From Deltaproteobacteria bacterium (GTDB lineage: Bacteria > Myxococcota_A > Polyangia > Fen-1088): a stretch of 64,000 bases of DNA. Within the stretch, counting starts at the first letter, position 1. Each line of letters opens with the position of its first letter. The notes beneath the pieces were generated by a model that saw only the letters and a list, made by a program, of their open reading frames with translations, had not been told where the DNA came from and did not search any database. The stretch spans positions 32,001 through 96,000 of the forward strand of contig JANRKS010000040.1 in the NCBI GenBank assembly GCA_033763315.1, in the 5' to 3' direction. The position numbers were made by a program, and so were the translations under genes. Shown here one piece after another: positions 1 to 9,510 of this stretch.

Positions 1-1932
1 ATCAATGAGTGCGCCACCAACAACGGTGATTGCGATTCCTTGGTGGTCTGCACAAACACGCCTGGTTCGCACACGTGCGGCAACTGCCCTGCCGGCTACT
101 CTGGTGGCGGCGCAGGTGCATGCACAGACATCAACGAATGCACTTCGGGCACAGCCAACTGCGCCGCAGACGCAGACTGCACAAATAGCGCAGGCAGTTT
201 TTCATGCACGTGTAAAGGAGGCTTCACCGGCACGGGCGCAAGCTGCAACGCGTGTGCAACGTGCGCCGCAGGGTCCTATGAGACCGCGGCGTGCACCGCC
301 ACCACCGACACCACGTGCGGCGCGTGCCCGAGCGGATGCACAACATGCAGCAGCGCCAGCATTTGCACGGCATGCGCGCCAGGCCATTACATGTACCTTG
401 GCATGTGCGTCCCTTGTTCAACCTGCGGCGATGGGCAGTATCAATCGAGTGCCTGCTCAGCAACACAAAACACCGTATGCACCAGCTGTTCGGTGTGCGG
501 CAACGGGCAGTATCAAACCATGGCATGTGCAGCCACCACCAACGCCACGTGCAGCACATGCTCGGTGTGCCCGGTCGGCAAGTACGCCTCCACGGCGTGC
601 ACGGCCACCAGCGACACGGTCTGTGGAACGTGCGACGCAGGTTGTGACGCGTGCAGTGGCACAGGCCAATGCACTGTTTGCTCCGCGGGCTATGCCCTCA
701 ATGGGGGCTCATGTGTCAAGAAGGGCAAGAGCTGCCTGGCTTTGCACACGGGCGATTCACAATTGCCTGATGGAATTTATCAGCTGGACCCAGACGCCGC
801 GGGCGCGGGCGAGCCGTTCTTCGCATACTGCGACATGACCACCGACGGCGGTGGGTGGATGAAGATACTGCAGTACAAAGATGCAGCCTACACGCCCACG
901 TCAGCCGCCGTTGGCACGATCGCCGTGGCAGGAACCAACGCCATGGCCAAGATGGCCGACGCAAACGTAAATGCCTTGGCGAAGATATGGCCGCAGCGGG
1001 AATATCGCTTTGCCGGAGCAACTTCAACGAAGAAGCTGTTCATCAAATCCAGTGTCGATTGGAACGATACCGCACGGGGCGAAGGCTTGGTCTTGACTGG
1101 TACGACCATGGCGTGTGAATCCACCACCAACTGCACGTATGTCAGCGTGACGACCCCAGGGGGCAGGCCCACAATCGATTCGAATGACTGGACACCCTCA
1201 TCAATCGCAGGTGCGAACAACATCGATCGCTACTTCACGGATTACAGCGCGCCCATTCATTGTTTCGCCACAAATGACTCCACGAAGCGCTGCTACTGTT
1301 CTGGCGCCACAACTAACCATGCCATGATTCAGAATTTATCGATTTGGGTCCGTGAAGATCCGATCTCCAGTGCCGCCGTACTCACTTATCAAGCTGACGA
1401 GAACGCTGGAGCCACGGTCGCTGATAGCTCGGGGCGCATGCTCAACGCGACGCTCGTTTCGGGCACATGGGACGTCGGCCACACAGGAAGCGGCATCGCA
1501 GGGGCGTTTGTGACCAACGCTGACGTGCCGGTTACAACCGATGTGACCGTGTCGCTGTGGGTGCGCCGTGATGGCGCTGGGAACGCCTACTCGCGCATCT
1601 TGGGGTGGCAGAACGATCGTCTCGAACTTGCAGATTTCGCCTCCCAAGGCAAATTGGGCGTCTACACGCCGGGCATCGGTTGGCAAAATACAGGCGTGAC
1701 CTTCGCCAGTGGCTTTCATCACGTGGCGGTGACGGTGGGCGGCGGCACGGTCACGGTCTACTACGACGGTGTCAGCGTTTACACCCACGCAGGCTCCGTA
1801 AACCTGAGCGGACCAATCATGTTGGGTCGCCGTTGGAGCGGCGGTGAGGCATGGGTTGGAGCCATCGACCAAGTGCGCGTGTTCAACACCGCGCTCAGCG
1901 CCGCGCAGATCGCAGTACTAGCGCAGGAATAG
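1..1932 (+). CDS. Secreted Cys-rich multidomain protein (Ca-binding EGF repeats, TNFR/furin-like Cys repeats, fibrinogen-like YCDxxxxGGGW domain, C-terminal LamG); 5'-partial
   Basis: Frame is open from base 1 (INECATNNGDCDS...). DINEC EGF_CA motif, repeated ACTATxDTxC units, YCDMTTDGGGW, and LamG-type HHVAVT...IDQVRVFNTALS. Confidence 0.85.
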   Translation: MNECATNNGDCDSLVVCTNTPGSHTCGNCPAGYSGGGAGACTDINECTSGTANCAADADCTNSAGSFSCTCKGGFTGTGASCNACATCAAGSYETAACTATTDTTCGACPSGCTTCSSASICTACAPGHYMYLGMCVPCSTCGDGQYQSSACSATQNTVCTSCSVCGNGQYQTMACAATTNATCSTCSVCPVGKYASTACTATSDTVCGTCDAGCDACSGTGQCTVCSAGYALNGGSCVKKGKSCLALHTGDSQLPDGIYQLDPDAAGAGEPFFAYCDMTTDGGGWMKILQYKDAAYTPTSAAVGTIAVAGTNAMAKMADANVNALAKIWPQREYRFAGATSTKKLFIKSSVDWNDTARGEGLVLTGTTMACESTTNCTYVSVTTPGGRPTIDSNDWTPSSIAGANNIDRYFTDYSAPIHCFATNDSTKRCYCSGATTNHAMIQNLSIWVREDPISSAAVLTYQADENAGATVADSSGRMLNATLVSGTWDVGHTGSGIAGAFVTNADVPVTTDVTVSLWVRRDGAGNAYSRILGWQNDRLELADFASQGKLGVYTPGIGWQNTGVTFASGFHHVAVTVGGGTVTVYYDGVSVYTHAGSVNLSGPIMLGRRWSGGEAWVGAIDQVRVFNTALSAAQIAVLAQE

Positions 1933-1960
1933 ACGGCGCGCGCCGCTGCTCGACGTCCTG

Positions 1961-2833
1961 TCAGACGAGGATGTCGAGCAGCTGCACCCGTGTAAGGTAT
2001 CCCTCAAGCACCGCAACCGAGTCTTCGATCAGCAAATCAAGTTCGATCGTGACGACGCGGTTTCCCGATCGGATTACGGTGCCAGAGATCACCAGCTCTT
2101 GGCCTGCCAGATCGGCGATGCCCGAAAGCCATTCGCCCACGGCCGGCAAGGTTGCAGGCCCATCGGGCCACGCCATGGTCACGTGAGTGCGGGACAGTTC
2201 CACAACGGGCGCGCGCCCCACGTCTACGCGGACATGTGACGCAAGCGTGGGCGGCGGCGCCACGCGGTAATTCACCCGGCGGTTGTTCACGATCAAGCGA
2301 TCGAGCGTGCTGTGGATGGGCGCTGACACGGGCGTGTCTTTTGATTCGAGAACCAAATCGCGCAGCGCCTTAAGCGATTTTTGTGTGGTGATGAGATTGC
2401 CGCGCATGTCGGCCAGGCGCCGCTGATCGCGGTGCAATTTGTGAGCGGACATCGCCAACAAATTGCTTAACAAGCGTATCCCCACGGCAGGATGCCGGGC
2501 AAACAACTGAGTGATGGCGGTCTCATCCAGCTCCCACACCTCGGCCGTGGCGGAGGCAACCGCACGACCGTTGCGCTCGCAGCCCACGACAGCGCCAAGC
2601 TCGCCTATCACAGCGGGTGGGCGCAAAGTGAAGGTGTCCTCGCCGGCGATCTGCAACGTCACCTCGCCTGCGGTAAGCACGTAAAGGCTGCGGGCTGTGT
2701 CGCCAACCTCGAAGAGGATGCCGCCGGGAGGCGAAGCGGCCGTAAACTTCGCACTTAACTCAACCAACGGCTCCTCCGGAATGTCTTGGAACAAGGCGAT
2801 CGTGCGAAGGTGGTCAAGGCGAGGTCCAGGCAT
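1961..2833 (-). CDS. Cyclic-nucleotide-binding domain protein with coiled coil and C-terminal PilZ-like domain
   Basis: LRTIALFQDI...LFEVGD...LYVLTAGEV...IGELG...R cNMP fold; C-terminal NRRVNYRV (RxxxR) followed by VVELS. Confidence 0.75.
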   Translation of the reverse strand: MPGPRLDHLRTIALFQDIPEEPLVELSAKFTAASPPGGILFEVGDTARSLYVLTAGEVTLQIAGEDTFTLRPPAVIGELGAVVGCERNGRAVASATAEVWELDETAITQLFARHPAVGIRLLSNLLAMSAHKLHRDQRRLADMRGNLITTQKSLKALRDLVLESKDTPVSAPIHSTLDRLIVNNRRVNYRVAPPPTLASHVRVDVGRAPVVELSRTHVTMAWPDGPATLPAVGEWLSGIADLAGQELVISGTVIRSGNRVVTIELDLLIEDSVAVLEGYLTRVQLLDILV

Positions 2834-3039
2834 CGCAGGAGTTTACACCTCAATGCGCAAGCCCGAAATTGCGGCCAACAACTCCATCATATCGCTCATG
2901 ATTCTCGGCCCCGTTGGTCCCCCCACAGAAATTTGAGCCTAGGCATAACGAGCTATGAGCGACCAAGCTCCCGCCGAAACCTGCGCCTCAAGCACACCTT
3001 TACGTGACCCTGCCTGCGTTTCCCTTATATAGAGGGCGC

Positions 3040-4509
3040 ATGAAATCTCTGCTCGCTGCTCTCGCGTTGGTTTGTGCCCTGCCACAAGTGGTTTGGGCGC
3101 AGACGCTGCTGACACCCGGGTACCAATTCAATTCAGACCCCACCTGCCGGGAACTCAACGGCAGACTTTATCTTTTCACCACGCACGACCAAAGCACCGT
3201 GAACTTTCAAGGGCCAGAGGATTTCTGGCACAGCATGTTCGACTACCATGCCTACAGCACCACAGACTTCAAGCATTGGATCGATCACGGCTCCGCCTTA
3301 AGCATTCACGACGCCGCCTGGGCGACCGATCTTTCAGTTTGGGATGGCGACCTGGGGATCCCCGCCAACGGAAAGTTCTATGCTTACGTTCCGTTTCGCA
3401 GCAAAGGGTTCGAGATTGGCGTACTCGTGGCCGACAGGCCTGAAGGGCCCTACCGCGATCCGCTAGGCAAACCCCTGATGACCACGGCGATCATGCGTGA
3501 GCATGGCATTGCTTTAAAGACAGAAGCGCAACCCAAGCAGGCAGACTCCCAAAGCCCAACGATCGTGCGAGACGAAAATGGCGTTCCGTACTTGCTGTTC
3601 GGTCAAATGCGCGTGTTCGCTGTGAAGTTGAAGCCCAGCATGACGGAGCTTGACGGAAAGGTCTTTGAGATCGACGTGCCCTTGCGAGGGGGCGAAGCCA
3701 CCGAATACGTGGAGGGCCCGTGGATTCACCGCATGGGCAACAAGTTTTACTTCTCATACATGACGTACAAGAACTGGGAAGGTAAGACGAATTCCAATTT
3801 CACGAACGAAGATCCCGCGGGGCCGTACATTCAGTATGCGGTTTCGGACAAACTGTTCGGGCCCTATGCCAAGCCAAAGCATTGGATTTATCCAGTGGCG
3901 CCCGATGCCGCAAACAACCAGCATGGCGTGTGCACATACAAAGGCCAGTGGTACGTGGCATATCACGTGCCGTATGAAGGCAAACAACACAGGCAGGTGG
4001 CCATCACGCGGCTGCGCACCAACAAACATGGTGACCTGCTGCCGATTTATCCCGGCAAGGATCCGGGGGTTGTCCCGAAGGATTCTGTAAGCTTGGTTCT
4101 AGACGCTTTTGCGCACAAGCGTGAAGCTGAAGAGTTCCATACGCGTCGTGATGCGTTCGAAGAGCGCGGTAAGAAGCAGGATTTTCACTTTAAGCTCAAG
4201 CAGGACGGCTTTCTGCACTTCCGCAATGTCGATTTCGGCGCGGGCGCCACTGGCTTCAAGGCGCATGTGAGCTGCGAGAACAGCAAAATTCACGACGCGC
4301 GGCTCGAGTTTCATCTCGACGCCCCCGATGGCCCCAAGATCGGTGAATCACCGGTACGCTTTACATATTGGATCACGTATTACCAGGAGCTCACCGGCGC
4401 CGTGCAAGGAGCCAAGGGCGTTCACGACGTCTACCTGGTGGCCAAGGGCGAAGGCGGGGATGCTTACGGTCGCCTATTCAACGTGGATTGGTTTACCTTC
4501 ACGCGGTGA
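3040..4509 (+). CDS. Family 43 glycoside hydrolase with C-terminal CBM6
   Basis: Signal peptide; SDPT...LYLFTTHD, HWIDHG, YVEGPWIH GH43 motifs; NVDFGAGATGF...GVHDVYLV...FNVDWFTF CBM6. Start moved to ATG 3040. Confidence 0.9.
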   Translation: MKSLLAALALVCALPQVVWAQTLLTPGYQFNSDPTCRELNGRLYLFTTHDQSTVNFQGPEDFWHSMFDYHAYSTTDFKHWIDHGSALSIHDAAWATDLSVWDGDLGIPANGKFYAYVPFRSKGFEIGVLVADRPEGPYRDPLGKPLMTTAIMREHGIALKTEAQPKQADSQSPTIVRDENGVPYLLFGQMRVFAVKLKPSMTELDGKVFEIDVPLRGGEATEYVEGPWIHRMGNKFYFSYMTYKNWEGKTNSNFTNEDPAGPYIQYAVSDKLFGPYAKPKHWIYPVAPDAANNQHGVCTYKGQWYVAYHVPYEGKQHRQVAITRLRTNKHGDLLPIYPGKDPGVVPKDSVSLVLDAFAHKREAEEFHTRRDAFEERGKKQDFHFKLKQDGFLHFRNVDFGAGATGFKAHVSCENSKIHDARLEFHLDAPDGPKIGESPVRFTYWITYYQELTGAVQGAKGVHDVYLVAKGEGGDAYGRLFNVDWFTFTR

Positions 4510-4568
4510 AGGCGACGGCCCGTGGCACCGCCGTGACCGATCTGCCGAGGGCCTGCTAGGATGCTGCG

Positions 4569-4994
4569 ATGGCACCAAGAGCAGCTGTGTTTTGGGCATG
4601 CGTCGGCGCACTCTGCGCGTGCGGCAACACCAAAACTGACTCGTGCTTAGACACGTGGGAACGGCGCACGTCCACGCTGGCGCCATGTGCACCCACGAAC
4701 ACGTGCGCGCAGCTCAGCGCGCAACCTGAGATTCAAGCGTCGTTTGTGATCGACCTTGCTGGCGATCCAAGCGTGCGGGGCCCCGATGGTTCGTTCGTTG
4801 TGGTTCCTGAAGGGCAACGGCTGGCAAACTGGAATTGTATGGCGGGGGCGCTCCGTGAGCGCGGTGTGAGCTCCGTTGCGCCTTATCAATCATCCTCGAA
4901 CGTCGCGGTGACGGGCACTTGGTCCCAGATTCAAGATGTGCGCGGCTTCCGTCTCGTGCTTGGCATTGCCGTCACCTGCCCCGACTGCCGGTAG
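4569..4994 (+). CDS. Hypothetical lipoprotein
   Basis: Lipobox-like GALCAC-G, coding-like composition, fills the gap between neighbours. Confidence 0.55.
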   Translation: MAPRAAVFWACVGALCACGNTKTDSCLDTWERRTSTLAPCAPTNTCAQLSAQPEIQASFVIDLAGDPSVRGPDGSFVVVPEGQRLANWNCMAGALRERGVSSVAPYQSSSNVAVTGTWSQIQDVRGFRLVLGIAVTCPDCR

Positions 4995-5061
4995 CGGAGC
5001 CTTGTGGCCCAAGCTCCAACAAAGCCAACCAAAGCCTCGCCATCGCGTAAGCTATTGTGAC

Positions 5062-6135
5062 GTGCCTAAGTACGACTTTCCGCCTGCACCCGTAAGCCTT
5101 AAGGGGCGCACCACTGAACTGCGTGCCCTGCAACACCGCCTCACCGACGGCCGCATTGCACGGCTGGCCTTGGTCGGCGGTGGGGGCAGTGGCAAATCGC
5201 TGCTAGCGTGTGCCATCGGCCATCGCTTGCGCGCTCACTTTACAGGCGGCCTCGTGTGGCTGCGCGTGGGCAACTGGGACACCACCACGTTGTTCCAAAT
5301 GTTTGCGCGCAAGATGGGCGCCAATCCAACCGGCGGCGCGCGCGGTTTGCGTCGGACGCTTGGGCAACTTGGCCCAGTATTGATCGTACTCGACAACCAC
5401 GAGAATGATGCCGCGTTGGCCAGGTTCTTGGATGAGCTAAACGTTCCGAACGTGGTGTGGCTGATCACGGCGCGCCGTTGCCTTTTGTCAGGCGTTGAAA
5501 TCTTTGCGGTGGTTCCGCCGCTGGTTACGTCGGCGCAGGATGCGTTTCCGCGCGTCGCACCGCTAACGAAGCTGCTGCGATGGAACCCGTTGGCGCTCGA
5601 CATCGCTGACGCGCTTGTTCACACGCGCGCCGTTTCTGTGAGGGCGCTTCATTCGTGGCTCTTGAGCCATGGGCTGGGCCAGGTCCGTGTGATGGCCCAC
5701 GAGGACGACATCGCAGAAGTGCGAGGTTTGTTTGAATGGGCCTGGGCGAAGCTTGCCCCGGCCAGCCGACGGCAACTGGTTGTGCTTGCAAGCAGTGAAG
5801 GCGACGACATCGATGAAGCGTCCCTGTTCGCGCTGGCTCGCACCGGCAAGGGTGGCGAACAAGCGCTTGGGGCGCTCAGACGTTGGCACCTTGTTCAGGA
5901 GCCCGTGACCGGCCGTTTTACAGTGCACGCGGTGATTCGGTACGCCGTTCAAACGAAGAAGCAACTGCCGGGGAAGCTATATTTCGATCACTACGTCCCG
6001 TTGCTTGAACGCGACAAAGAACGGGTGGTTCAGGAACAGACCCACCTCTACGCCGCGATGGATTATGCCCACCGCAATTCATCACTGGTCGACGCCTTAC
6101 GTGTTCAAGAGCTAGCCACGTTGTTGGGCGCGTAA
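5062..6135 (+). CDS. NB-ARC/STAND-type P-loop ATPase
   Basis: LKGRTTEL, Walker A GGGGSGKS, Walker B LIVLDN, WLITAR, PLALDIA (GxP-like), RFTVHAVIR (MHD-like). GTG 5062 is preceded by a TAAGCT -10-like box. Confidence 0.8.
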   Translation: MPKYDFPPAPVSLKGRTTELRALQHRLTDGRIARLALVGGGGSGKSLLACAIGHRLRAHFTGGLVWLRVGNWDTTTLFQMFARKMGANPTGGARGLRRTLGQLGPVLIVLDNHENDAALARFLDELNVPNVVWLITARRCLLSGVEIFAVVPPLVTSAQDAFPRVAPLTKLLRWNPLALDIADALVHTRAVSVRALHSWLLSHGLGQVRVMAHEDDIAEVRGLFEWAWAKLAPASRRQLVVLASSEGDDIDEASLFALARTGKGGEQALGALRRWHLVQEPVTGRFTVHAVIRYAVQTKKQLPGKLYFDHYVPLLERDKERVVQEQTHLYAAMDYAHRNSSLVDALRVQELATLLGA

Positions 6136-6161
6136 CACAGAGTGCGCCCGTTGCCGTTGGC

Positions 6162-6914
6162 TTAGATGCTGTCGCCCGAAGGCGAAACGGTTTCTTTCTT
6201 CGGATCTCCCCTTAGCGCCAGCTCTTCTTGATACCGAATCGCAAATTTCCGAAGACCATCAAGGTCAGCCTCGGTTAATACGAAGCGACCCATGCAGCTT
6301 TGCCCAACCACGCGTATCGACTGAGCCAGCTCTACAAGCGAGGCAAACGGAACAACAAAGCTTAGGCTCTCTTTGAATGCTGTCTTCTCAAAACTGCCCT
6401 CGGGTAGTTCAAGCAAGCGGCCGTTGGCGACGAGCTTGAACTCACAGCCTTCGAGCTTAAAGGGAGGCGCTTTGCGTCGCAGGGTCAGGTGGACAAGCAG
6501 AGGCTCCGGCTCGGGCTTCCCTCTCCATTCCAACACGATGCCATTGGACGGGATGAAGACGTCCACACCTAAAACCATCACGCCTTCTGACTCTGATTCA
6601 AGACCGACGGGGGGCCGAGGCCGCGGTGGCGGTGGGGACGCACGATAAGGCTGGCTTGCCGAGCGTTCGACAGGTGCACGAAGCTGCCACCGGCGATTTC
6701 CTGGTTCGCCGACGAGCGCATAGGTCGCTCGTTTTTCACAGCCGGTCACATCCCAATCGGTGCGTGTGATTTTCAGAAGCTGAAGCTCCGCATCTGCACA
6801 TTGAAGATCATCGGCGGCCACCTTCCGCAACGCATTCGTAGGGGTGCCGCAAGCCGCAAACAGGCAGGCAATTCCGAGCAATCTCTTTAAGAATGTGCAA
6901 ACACCGTTTGTCAC
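6162..6914 (-). CDS. Hypothetical lipoprotein
   Basis: Lipobox LFAAC; AADDLQC...VTGCEKRATY motif typical of myxobacterial lipoproteins; Pro-rich linker. Confidence 0.7.
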   Translation of the reverse strand: MTNGVCTFLKRLLGIACLFAACGTPTNALRKVAADDLQCADAELQLLKITRTDWDVTGCEKRATYALVGEPGNRRWQLRAPVERSASQPYRASPPPPRPRPPVGLESESEGVMVLGVDVFIPSNGIVLEWRGKPEPEPLLVHLTLRRKAPPFKLEGCEFKLVANGRLLELPEGSFEKTAFKESLSFVVPFASLVELAQSIRVVGQSCMGRFVLTEADLDGLRKFAIRYQEELALRGDPKKETVSPSGDSI

Positions 6915-7014
6915 GGCCGGAAACGTAACATGCAGCCAAGGGGAAGCGATAGTCGCAAACTTCGTCTCACAGCGATCTGCCGTCTTTGCCCTCCGGGATG
7001 CTAAACCAAAACTT

Positions 7015-7863
7015 ATGCGACGAATGCGTTATGTGATTTGCGATGTGTTTACGGACAACGCCTTGGCGGGAAACCCCTTGGCCGTGTTCACGGATGCCCG
7101 GGGCGTATCTGAGAGCATGATGCAGTCACTGGCGCGTGAACTGAATTTGTCGGAAACAACATTCCTCCTGCCGGCTGAACAAGGCGGCGATGCGCGCGTT
7201 CGCATCTTCACACCCACCCAGGAGCTGCCTTTCGCCGGGCACCCCATACTCGGCACAGCGTTCGTTCTCGCGGCACCCTTGCAGCGGCCCATCGTCCGTT
7301 TAGAAACAGCGGGCGGCATTGTGCCGGTGCGGTTTGAGTTAAGCGGTGCACGAGTGTCGTTTGCTTGGATGCTGCAACCGTTGCCCACGTGCAAGCCGTT
7401 CGGCGACGAGGCCACCGTACGTTTACTTGAGGCACTGGGTGTAACCGAATCCACCTTGCCGGTTGAGCTCTACAACAATGGCGTTCACCACGTTTATGTC
7501 GCTTTGCCAACCGAAGAGGCGGTGGCAAGCGTGCGCCCCAACATCGAGCGTCTAGGTGTCTTTGGAGCGATCGGCATCAACGTTTTCGCGAACGCAGGCA
7601 ACCGATGCAAAACGCGTATGTTCGGCCCCGGGCTCGGCGTGGCAGAAGATCCGGCAACGGGCTCTGCTGCCGGGCCTTTGGCTGTCCATTTGTTAAGACA
7701 CGGCCGCTTGCAATCGGGCGCGGAAATTCAGATTGAGCAAGGCGCCGAGATCAACAGGCCGTCGAGAATCCATGCCATCGTTCGCGGCACGTCACAAGCG
7801 CTTGAATCCGTCGAGGTCGGAGGCGGCGCGGTGATCGTCGCGCGTGGCGAGTTTCACTGCTGA
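7015..7863 (+). CDS. PhzF family phenazine biosynthesis-like isomerase
   Basis: DVFT...GNPLAV, ELNLSETTF, RIFTP.ELPFAGHP, EDPATGSA. Confidence 0.95.
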   Translation: MRRMRYVICDVFTDNALAGNPLAVFTDARGVSESMMQSLARELNLSETTFLLPAEQGGDARVRIFTPTQELPFAGHPILGTAFVLAAPLQRPIVRLETAGGIVPVRFELSGARVSFAWMLQPLPTCKPFGDEATVRLLEALGVTESTLPVELYNNGVHHVYVALPTEEAVASVRPNIERLGVFGAIGINVFANAGNRCKTRMFGPGLGVAEDPATGSAAGPLAVHLLRHGRLQSGAEIQIEQGAEINRPSRIHAIVRGTSQALESVEVGGGAVIVARGEFHC

Positions 7864-7971
7864 GTGGTGTTCCAGCAAACAGGTTGGATGGAATTGCCGT
7901 AGCGTAGGGTTTTTGAAACACTACGAGCAAGGAATGACATTACGAGGCAGCCATGAAAGACTGCCCCGCGC

Positions 7972-8571
7972 ATGAGCGATCCAGAGAAGATTGAAGCGCT
8001 GCTTGCGGCGGCACAGCATCTAGAAGAAGAGTTACAGCGTTTCGGCCGCTTGGTCGACACCGCCTGCCGGGGACAGATCGGCAGCCAAAAGGACATTGAG
8101 CGAACGGCGAAGGCGATTCAGGAGGCCACAGCCGTCGTCAGCCAGATCGATGCGCGCGCGCAGGCGTTGACGCGTTCGCTGCAGCGGGCGCAGATGGCGC
8201 AACAAGGCCCCATCGACCGGCTCCGCACTCGCGCCGAGTTGCTGCGGCAGCGCCACGAAGAACACGAAGCGCTCAAAGCACGCTTTGCCGAGCTGACGGC
8301 CGAGGCAGCCTCCCTGGCCCAGATCACGCAGCCGCTGGCGGAGACGTCGTCGATTCAGCTGGATGTGGCCACACCCATCACCACTTTGAAAGACCGTCTT
8401 AAAGTGGCCCGCGAGAACGCGCGTTCGCTCATGCAGGACGCCCATTCAATGCGTTTTGAAGAAGTGGCGAAGGACGTTCACCGCTTCGAGCAAATGCTGG
8501 GCACTTTGGAGCGCAAGATCGTGCAAACCGAAGAATCGTTGACGACCGCACGCGCCCGTGTGCAATCGTAA
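7972..8571 (+). CDS. Hypothetical all-helical coiled-coil protein
   Basis: 199 aa heptad-rich ORF rich in E/Q/A/L/R; coding-like codon usage. Confidence 0.75.
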   Translation: MSDPEKIEALLAAAQHLEEELQRFGRLVDTACRGQIGSQKDIERTAKAIQEATAVVSQIDARAQALTRSLQRAQMAQQGPIDRLRTRAELLRQRHEEHEALKARFAELTAEAASLAQITQPLAETSSIQLDVATPITTLKDRLKVARENARSLMQDAHSMRFEEVAKDVHRFEQMLGTLERKIVQTEESLTTARARVQS

Positions 8572-8635
8572 GCGTGCGGTCACCGGCAAAGGGGGTTGTG
8601 GTATTCTGGGCTTGCGATTCGAGACAGGAGCTTCA

Positions 8636-9481
8636 ATGCCACACAGAACTCTCACACGCGTATTGTGCCTTGCTTGCACGGTGACCATGGCACCGCTACA
8701 AACGTGGGCGGCCAGCAAAACGGCGCCAACACCGGTACCGAAGGCGGCTCCAAGCGGCGCGGCCGCCAACGAGTTCCAGCTCCAGAACTCAAACACCGCC
8801 CGATCGGCCCAAGGTGCCACCGCTTCCAAGATCAAGGCCACCAAAACCGAGGCGGCGATGAAGTTTGTCGTCGTCGATAAGGATAAGGGCCCCGTGGCAG
8901 GCATCGTGATCTGCTTAACGGCACCCGATGGCAAAAAGTTTTATACGGAGGAAACGGATGCCACGGGTTACGCAGAAGTTTTGGTGCCCATCGGGCAAAA
9001 ATACGAGCTGGTGTACTTGTCCCTCGGTCGCCGGGACATCTCGGCGCACGTGAACGTTACGAACGAACCGAACCAGAACGTCAAGCTCACCCTGCGCTAC
9101 AAACGGCCGCCGCCGCCACCTGAAATCAAACGCAACAAAGGCGCCCCGCGCTTCGTGCTCAATGGCGTGAATTTCGATACGGGGAAGGCCACGATACGGC
9201 CCGAATCGTTCGCACGCTTGGACGCTGTGGTTGAATACATGCAGCACAAACTACAGTCGCGCATTGAAATCTCCGGGCACACAGACAACGTGGGCAACCC
9301 GAAAGCCAACAAGGCCCTGTCGCTGGCCCGGGCGCAGGCGTGCCGCAATTATCTTGTAAACAAAGGCATTCAGGGCGATCGCATCGTTGCCGTGGGCGTG
9401 GGCGATGAGCACCCCATGGCAAGCAACGACAGCGAAGAAGGCAGGCAGCAGAACCGTCGCATCGAAGCAACGGAACTGTGA
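8636..9481 (+). CDS. OmpA-family peptidoglycan-binding protein with N-terminal beta-sandwich
   Basis: AGGAG RBS; signal peptide; VNFDTGKATI, IEISGHTDNVG, LSLARA, NRRIE. Confidence 0.9.
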   Translation: MPHRTLTRVLCLACTVTMAPLQTWAASKTAPTPVPKAAPSGAAANEFQLQNSNTARSAQGATASKIKATKTEAAMKFVVVDKDKGPVAGIVICLTAPDGKKFYTEETDATGYAEVLVPIGQKYELVYLSLGRRDISAHVNVTNEPNQNVKLTLRYKRPPPPPEIKRNKGAPRFVLNGVNFDTGKATIRPESFARLDAVVEYMQHKLQSRIEISGHTDNVGNPKANKALSLARAQACRNYLVNKGIQGDRIVAVGVGDEHPMASNDSEEGRQQNRRIEATEL

Positions 9482-9510
9482 GGCGCAGACTCACACGCCG
9501 CGAGGATCTT

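Noticed and set aside
7015-7863. Possible phenazine biosynthesis cluster
   Set aside because: Stand-alone PhzF-like gene with no phzA/B/D/E/G nearby.
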